64,000 bases of DNA, from contig CP075494.1 of assembly GCA_021613535.1 (NCBI GenBank), positions 14,508,001-14,572,000 of the forward strand, in the 5' to 3' direction. A program made the translations under genes and the position numbers. The stretch is from Adineta vaga (Eukaryota; Animalia; Rotifera). The stretch's first letter is position 1, and each line of letters opens with the position of its first letter. Of the stretch, positions 56,895-64,000 are shown in pieces. The notes beneath the pieces are model-generated. The model saw nothing but the letters and a program-made list of their open reading frames with translations, did not search any database and was not told where the DNA came from.

Positions 56895-59383
56895 ATGTCG
56901 ACAACGGAAACAGTTACTACGACACCAGAAAATGAAACTGAACGTTCTGCATTTCGTCCACAACGACCACCACCACCGCCCCCATCCCCACCTATACTTG
57001 TACAATCTGAATCAGTACCTTCGAATGATTCAATAACAAACATTACTGAACGTAAAAAAATAATTTATAAAACACTTTTCAATATCATCTTAAAACTATG
57101 TTTCATTTTAGTTGAGACCAATTTTTCATTCGTGGATGAACTGGATGAAAATCTAGTCGAAGAAAAGCAACCATCACTTCTGTAATATAATAAATATTCC
57201 ACTATTTTAATCACATTTTGGTTTGATATTTAGTAGATTTGAATTTACTGACCTATTCGATTCATTTGATTATGAAACTATTCGTAATAGGATTCTAACT
57301 CGTCAATTAAAAACAAGTCCTTTTAGTACTGTTTTATGGCGAATATTTCTCCATTGTCTTCCACGTAATTCTTCTCATTGGAATCAAGTTATTGATGGAT
57401 CACGTGATGATTATAATGAACTTGTTAATAAATATTTATTAGATATTCAAAAAATTCGAGAGCATAATGGTAGTGCTAAGCATCTGAATCATCCACTTTC
57501 TCAAGAAGAAAATGTAATTCAATATTGAATGAAATTCATTTGTAACCATGTATGTCTATTTTCTAGAGTTTATGGAATCAATATTATGTTTATGAAGAAT
57601 TGAAAGAGAATATCTATCAAGATGTTATACGAACGTAATGTACTCAAATGAATTGATAACATATGAAAATTCTTGTATTTTAGTTGTCAAGAAATAGAAT
57701 TCTTTCGACAAAAACATATTCTCGATCTTTTATTAAAACTTCTCTATATTCATAGTCGACATCATGGTCATTCATGTCCATACCGACAAGTATAGATGAG
57801 AAATATTCCGATTTAGATTTCTTCATAACAAAATGTTCATTGTAGGGCATGCATGAAATACTTGCGGTAATTGTTTATACTATTCATTTGGAAAGTAATA
57901 TCATCAATGACTATCCTGAATCTAATGAAATGATGAAAAAACTCTACGATCCAGAATATCTTGCTCATGATGCTTAGTAACTATTTTCTTTCAATTAAAC
58001 TTCTATTTTTTTCTAATCTATTGAAATTTTATTAGTGCAATCTATGAAAAAATTATGCAACATTTACAACCATTTTATGATTTCAAAACAAATACTGTGG
58101 GAATACGTAAAGTAAAGAAATCTTCTTTCGCTTTAATTCATTGAATTAATGTTTCATTTCTTTCGATATAGAGTGCTCATTTAAATGATAATAAACAAAT
58201 CTTATTTCAACGATTTAATGATACACAAGTATATTTGAATGACACTGTTATGAGAGTAAATTCAATCTATGAACGTTTGAAAGATTATGATCGTTCACTC
58301 TATGAACAATTGCAAGATTTAAATATTGAACCAACAGTTTATGGCATGTAAGAAAGAAAGAAAGAAAGATTAAAACATAATAATCATCGATTTCTTCTTT
58401 GTTACTATTGATAGACGATGGCTTCGACTTCTATTCGGTCGTGAAATTCCATTTAGTTCAATTCCAAGTAAATGCATCTATGTTTGAAACAAGACAAATC
58501 TTTGTTTTTTTTAGTCCTTTGGACGGTAATCTTCTGTTATGATGAATGTTTTGCTTTTGTTGATTATTTCTTTCTGGCACTTCTAATGGAAATTGGACAA
58601 TTGTGTATGTTGTTGTTATTCTTTTCTGATGATGACATGAAGAAAAATAATATTTTGTTTAGTTAAGAAAGATGAGATATCTGAGTATAGTTTCTGTTTA
58701 CAATATCTCATGCAACCAAATAATATCTCGAATCTTGAAGTTGTTATTGAACAAGCATTAAATCTAGAAAAACGTGCAAAAACAATGGAATCACCTCAAC
58801 TTACAGCAAGTTATTCTGCTCAAAGTGTCGTCAATCGTTCACCGAAATCATCATCGCCGATGCAACGATTTTCACACAATCCATTGATGGATTCGACGAG
58901 AAATAGTACTTCAACACCCTCATTTCTATCTTCATTACAATTAGGAAAAAATAGTACTTCAAAAGCACCAATTGAATCTGAAATGAATGTATGAATATGC
59001 CATTTCTTTTCTTCCTACCTAATCAAAACAAATTCCTTATAGGATTATCCTGGAAGAGAAACACAACAACTGTATGATTCTAGTCTTCAAATACAAAAAT
59101 ATTGTGCTGAAATTATGAATAAATTTATTGAGAAAATAAGAAGTAATTTATGTAATCAACCTGATCTAAAAGAAGAAGTATTAATTCAATTGAATGGCTT
59201 GGAACAAGTATAGTCATGATACTTTTCCTAAATAAAATCTTTGTTTTTCACTCTCATATATTCAATTAGATTGCTAATGTACTTGAAGGCACACTCACAT
59301 TTGATGATACTACTCTTCAAGCTTTATCTAATTACAAAAAAAAAGAAATATCGGCTGCAGATGATCAAAATGATTTTACTTGA
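56895..59383 (+). CDS. TBC1D5: TBC1D5-like Rab7 GTPase-activating protein; multi-exon
   Basis: LWRIFLHCLP, LNHPLSQEENSLWNQYY, arginine finger IYQDVIRT, glutamine finger YRQGMHEILA, YLAHDAY, IEPTVYGIRWLRLLFGRE and a C-terminal helical region. Confidence 0.88.
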
Positions 59384-62300
59384 TTGTTTATATAGGAGTA
59401 AAAGAATTCTTGAGTGTATATGAATGATTTTTATTTATGTTATTTATAAAAAATTTCGTGGTTTCTTTTTTTTTTTCTTCTTTCTTATGTGAAATATAAT
59501 ACCGAGTGAAATCTGATTGTATCGAACATTTTATTTTTCTTCTTGATTGAACAAGACATTGTACTTCGCGTGATTGGATATATACATCATTAACATACTG
59601 ATTCCAACAATGACTATGCTTACTACTATGTACAGTAGTAATGTTCGGCTTGATTTGATGAATAAACATGTTCATTATGTTCTGTCTCACTTTCTCTTTT
59701 GTCTATGTTAATGAATGGCCTGTTGCACCAGTTGGAGAAGAAAAGAAGAGACAAAGAGAGCGAGAAAAAAGTTAGGTGTGAGAATTAATCAAATTAAATT
59801 AAATTGATGACATTTGATTTGTATATTCTTCCGAATAACTCCTATGATAATAGTATGTTGGTCATTTTTTATTTCTTGAAAATGTACCAATCAATGCTGT
59901 ACATAGTTGGGTTTTCTTTTTTTTGTCTTTTAACATACTTTCATCAAATGTATGTTGTTATTTTTACTTGTCATTGAATGAAGATATAGCCATATTGACG
60001 CAGTCTGTGTCGATTGTGTCTCGTTTGGTTTATTCAGTACAATGACAGATGGTGAGCCACTTGAGAACAAGAATGAGATTGAACACTCATATTTCTGTTC
60101 TTCTTCTTCTTCTTCTTCTACTTTCTGCGCCTGTTGTTTCCTTATTTGACCAATCTTTCATTTATATTTAACACCGACAATCATCATCGTTATCATTAAC
60201 TATAGTAGTCATAAATAAAGCAATGGAAAAAGTATGAATATTTATATATGTTGTCTCTTAATATAATTGTCTGCATAGTTTTGATTGCTTACCTAAAGAA
60301 AGAATCATTTGGACAAATGCTGACACTTCATTCACATTCTTTTCTATTGTAGAGATATGTATATATATAGAGAGTGATCAATCATATACTTCCGTGCTGT
60401 TTTGTTTTCTACGTACGATAATTACAAGTATTAAATTATAGTCTTATACACGCATATATGGTTCTCCTTTTTTTATGCATCTATTGTGTTGTTGATGATG
60501 ATGATGATCGTTCTAACAAAGTAAACGTACGTGCAATCTTATCACTATTACAGCGTTAACTGTATTGAATGAAAGAAAGCGTCGGCAATTGACTTCCATC
60601 TTGATAGAAGCAGTGTGCTGTTTTTCCATTAAAAAATCATCCAATTTTGCCGCACACAACGTCATTATCATCTCATCGACGAGTCATAAACCGCGGCAAC
60701 AGCAGTTGTGGCTTCTGTTTATGTATACCCTCTGTTTCTAGTCGCGTCTCTATGTATAAAAGAACAAGTCTTTGTTCATTTTCTTTTCTTCGTTTTTCCT
60801 CCTGTCATACATTCATCTCATTTATACATACATATATATATATATATATTGATTGAACATTGTTGGTACCGTCAAAGGAGAGAAAATGAAGATGTACAGT
60901 TTTATGTATGTATATATATTTCACCTATGACAAATATTGTACGACGATCGATCTTAAGGTTACTATATAACAGATAAATTATATTGATGAACATATCGAT
61001 ATACAAAAAGAAATCGGCTTAGCTTAAGCAAACATACGGAGAACATGGTCACAATTAAGTTCATAGTACGGGAGACAGAGAGAAGAAGGGAAAAAATGAG
61101 GTGATCGATTTTTTTTATATAGAACAATGTCCTTGTTTAACTGCACTTTTTTTCCCTTGCGGCCGAGAAAGAAAGAAAAAGATTATGTCGATGATTAAAA
61201 GATGAAGAATTGAGTAACTTGCATAACTAATATACGAGCTTAGAAAAGTGAAATAAGAGCATCTGGAGTCAGTCTTGAACTCGTTAACTATCGTTTCTTA
61301 ATAAATACATTTATACATGTATTTTCTTCTACACAAATATCCGATTGTTGTCAAAAAGAAGATGTTTGAATCACGGTTATTTTTCCTACTGTCCTAATAG
61401 AGAATACACATCTGGGTACAAAAGAGAAAACTGATCAGAGAAATCGATGATTCTTTAGGGAAATTCATCTCATATTTCCCTCTCACTCTATGTGTAACAT
61501 ATAGACTTAGATCATTATGGCAGTATTTATTCTTAGACAATTGTATGTAGGTGCAGTTCACCATGACTATCGTTAGAATCTTTCCTAGTGTGTGTCGACT
61601 ACTCATCAACGTATTGTTCTTCTTCTTCTTCTTCTTCTTTCATACTGATTTGTATTTTCTTTACGCGGCATGTCGTTTGGTTTGTATATATGTTATTGTT
61701 TAACTATTATTGCATCATCTAGTCACTGTATTGTATTCGAATCTCGATATGATATTATTAAAAGAGAAATCGAGAGAATGTAATCAACCAATTCCTTTTG
61801 TATACGTATGTATTGTCTAGGATATATGTCTGAAGTTGTGATAATTCAAAAACAATAGACGTCAACAATTGTCATAGTTCATGAAGAGTTTGTCATCTTC
61901 GACACTTATTACTTATTCTATTAACACATTGTTTGGTCAGTTTATATGTATATATATATATATTCATGAGAAGGTCGATGAACAATAATATTGTTTTACC
62001 TTTTTTTTTAGATTAGAATACATTATTATACTTAGATGTTGATTTTACTTTTTTACAATAATATTATTAATTATTTCTTTTTCCTCTAGTCTACCTTCAA
62101 TTTATATAGATCAAAGAAAAGTAGAATAACCATCAAAATTTGTTATGCTCTCTCATATGTATATACGCATATGTCCACATTATGTGTATGTGTATACGTA
62201 CGTATGTATTCCTCAATTGAGCCTTGACCGTATGCGTAGCGATATCTCTACTCATATGTTGACTAGTAATATTTCTCTCCTGACTAATTGTCAATTGCTT

Positions 62301-63122
62301 GATGTTTATGGTCATACTTACCTATCGACACGAGCACACGTCATCAACTGATTTGAAGAAGAAGAAAAGTTAGGTAAGAAGACAAGTAAGACATTTGAAA
62401 GATGAGGTGTGAAGGATGGTACAGAAACAGCACGTTATCATTGTATATATATATATGTATATATCAATACATATTGATAAGAAACAATAAATAGGTGTCT
62501 CAATACTCACGTATTGCATCATTGTTATAACCATATTGATAAAGATCTCGTACTGATGAGAAGGAAAGAAAGAGTCAATGTTCGATTATTTTTATTTCAC
62601 TTTCGGATGGTGATTTCAATGTGACAAATATTTCTTTTTTCTTTTCTTTATCGAATCTATCATCTTGTTATGGTCATTGTCGTTACGTTTCATTCTTTCT
62701 CCCTCTCTCTCTCTCCCTCTTTTCTTCTTCTTCCGGTTGTCCATCGTTCGTTCACTTTGTTGATATGTTTGCATGTCAAAAAGGAAAGACAACTATAAGC
62801 GGTTTTGTCATTCTGTCTTTTTTTGTCATAGGTACAAATTCTAATTGAGTTCGGAGTTTCTTTTACTTTTCTCTCATTTTAACTTCGGTACAAGTAGAAA
62901 AATAAGAGAAAGAGAGCGATCAATAAAAAAGGCATTCTTTCTTTTTTGTCGCTAAGAACTTCCTCTTCCCTTTTTTCTCTCTTTCTCTCTCCCTTTCCTA
63001 CTTGATTTCTAATTATTTCTCCTTTCTAGATGATAAATCGAGATCGGTTTCAGTCAAATAATGATAGTATTCTTTTACTTACTAATTAATAATAAACAGT
63101 GGATATTAAATAGACAATTATA

Positions 63123-64000
63123 ATGTTATTCTTACTTCTGACATTTTTCTCATGTATATCTTCACTCTATTCATTCAATTATCAGACTGTTGAACATTGG
63201 AGATATTTGAGACAGGATAAACCAACACAAAAAGCAGCTTATTTTGGTTATTCATTAGCTGTTCATCGATCAAGGTAGATAAACCGAATTCAACTGTACA
63301 GAAGAAAGAGATAATGAATATATTCTTTTGTTTTTTTTAGTTTACTAGTCGGAGCTCCACGTGATCATTCACCCCATGATATTATAGCACGACGAGGTAC
63401 AGTATGGAAATGTGAATTTCATCCTGAAAGTTATTGTCAACGTTTACCATTTCGTCGTGATGGTAAGAAGAGAAAAGAAAAGCAAAGTTGTATTCCATTT
63501 GCAACATATATTCTTTCCGTTTTCAGGTGAAGCTAATGTACGTGTTGGTACTTCATTTGATAATAAAACTGATCAATGGTTAGGTGCTTCATTAGCTGCA
63601 AATGATGGCAATATAATCGTAAATATTCATTTGATTAAAATTAATGTAATTACTTTACATTTAGGCTGGTGCACCATTTCTTAAACATCGTATAAACGAT
63701 GGACACAGCCTCGAGTATGAAATACCAGGTGGTGCACTTATTGGAAAATATGGTACATCATTATCAATGAAAGAGAGTACACAAATATTCTCTCCATCAT
63801 TTCTTAATTGGCGTATGTCTTGTCTACTACTTTAGGTTTTTTCCTTGATCTATTAAATAAATAAATATATTTTTAAATAGATTCTCGAAATTATAATCAA
63901 GAAGGTTATGGTGAATTTGGTTTTCAAGTAGCATTGAGTAACAAACCCAAACGAATTATTGTTACTGCACCGGGTTCATTTTATTTTCGAGGTAAAACAA
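63123..64000 (+). CDS. Integrin alpha subunit, 5' part (runs off the window)
   Basis: Signal peptide MLFLLLTFFSCISSLYS followed by mature FN.., and FG-GAP repeats YFGYSLA..LLVGAP, GTVWKC, KTDQWLGASL..AGAP, YGEFGFQV..TAPGSFYFRG, split by short GT-AG introns. Confidence 0.88.

Noticed and set aside
59388-62848. Short ORFs between TBC1D5 and the integrin
   Set aside because: Low-complexity (TA/CT repeats) with no motifs; consistent with 3'UTR and integrin regulatory/5'UTR intron sequence.

Overview
AT-rich, gene-dense eukaryotic (metazoan) genomic DNA with many short (~45-70 nt) GT-AG introns. The intron size, composition and gene content suggest a bdelloid rotifer, but this is an inference. 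By manual splicing I support about 18 protein-coding genes: a WH1-like/CRIB protein, a claudin-like protein, a 2-TM membrane guanylyl cyclase, a gustatory-receptor-like 7TM, an innexin, a turtle/IGSF9-like IgCAM, a TRPM channel, XRN2, ASPM/Asp, a WGR-like/trypsin-like protease fusion, MAP10-like, an ORP9/10/11-like PH protein lacking its lipid-binding domain, a group I PAK, MLF, PAXIP1/PTIP, TBC1D5 and the 5' part of an integrin alpha. No RNA genes, CRISPR arrays or intact transposons were seen. The most interesting signals are: (1) a PARP-type WGR-like domain spliced onto an intronless Trypsin_2/V8-like serine protease whose natural-looking C-terminus is in the -1 frame after an A-AAA-AAA slippery run; (2) a co-oriented, tightly packed run PAXIP1>MLF>PAK>ORP-PH>MAP10 in which several downstream ATGs sit directly behind a splice acceptor and just downstream of the previous gene's AATAAA, suggesting SL trans-splicing/operon-like organisation; (3) several stripped-down architectures: single-IQ ASPM, ORD-less ORP, guanylyl cyclase without ECD/KHD, VCA-less WASP-like protein, tail-less TRPM. 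All protein identities come from motif recognition, not database searches.
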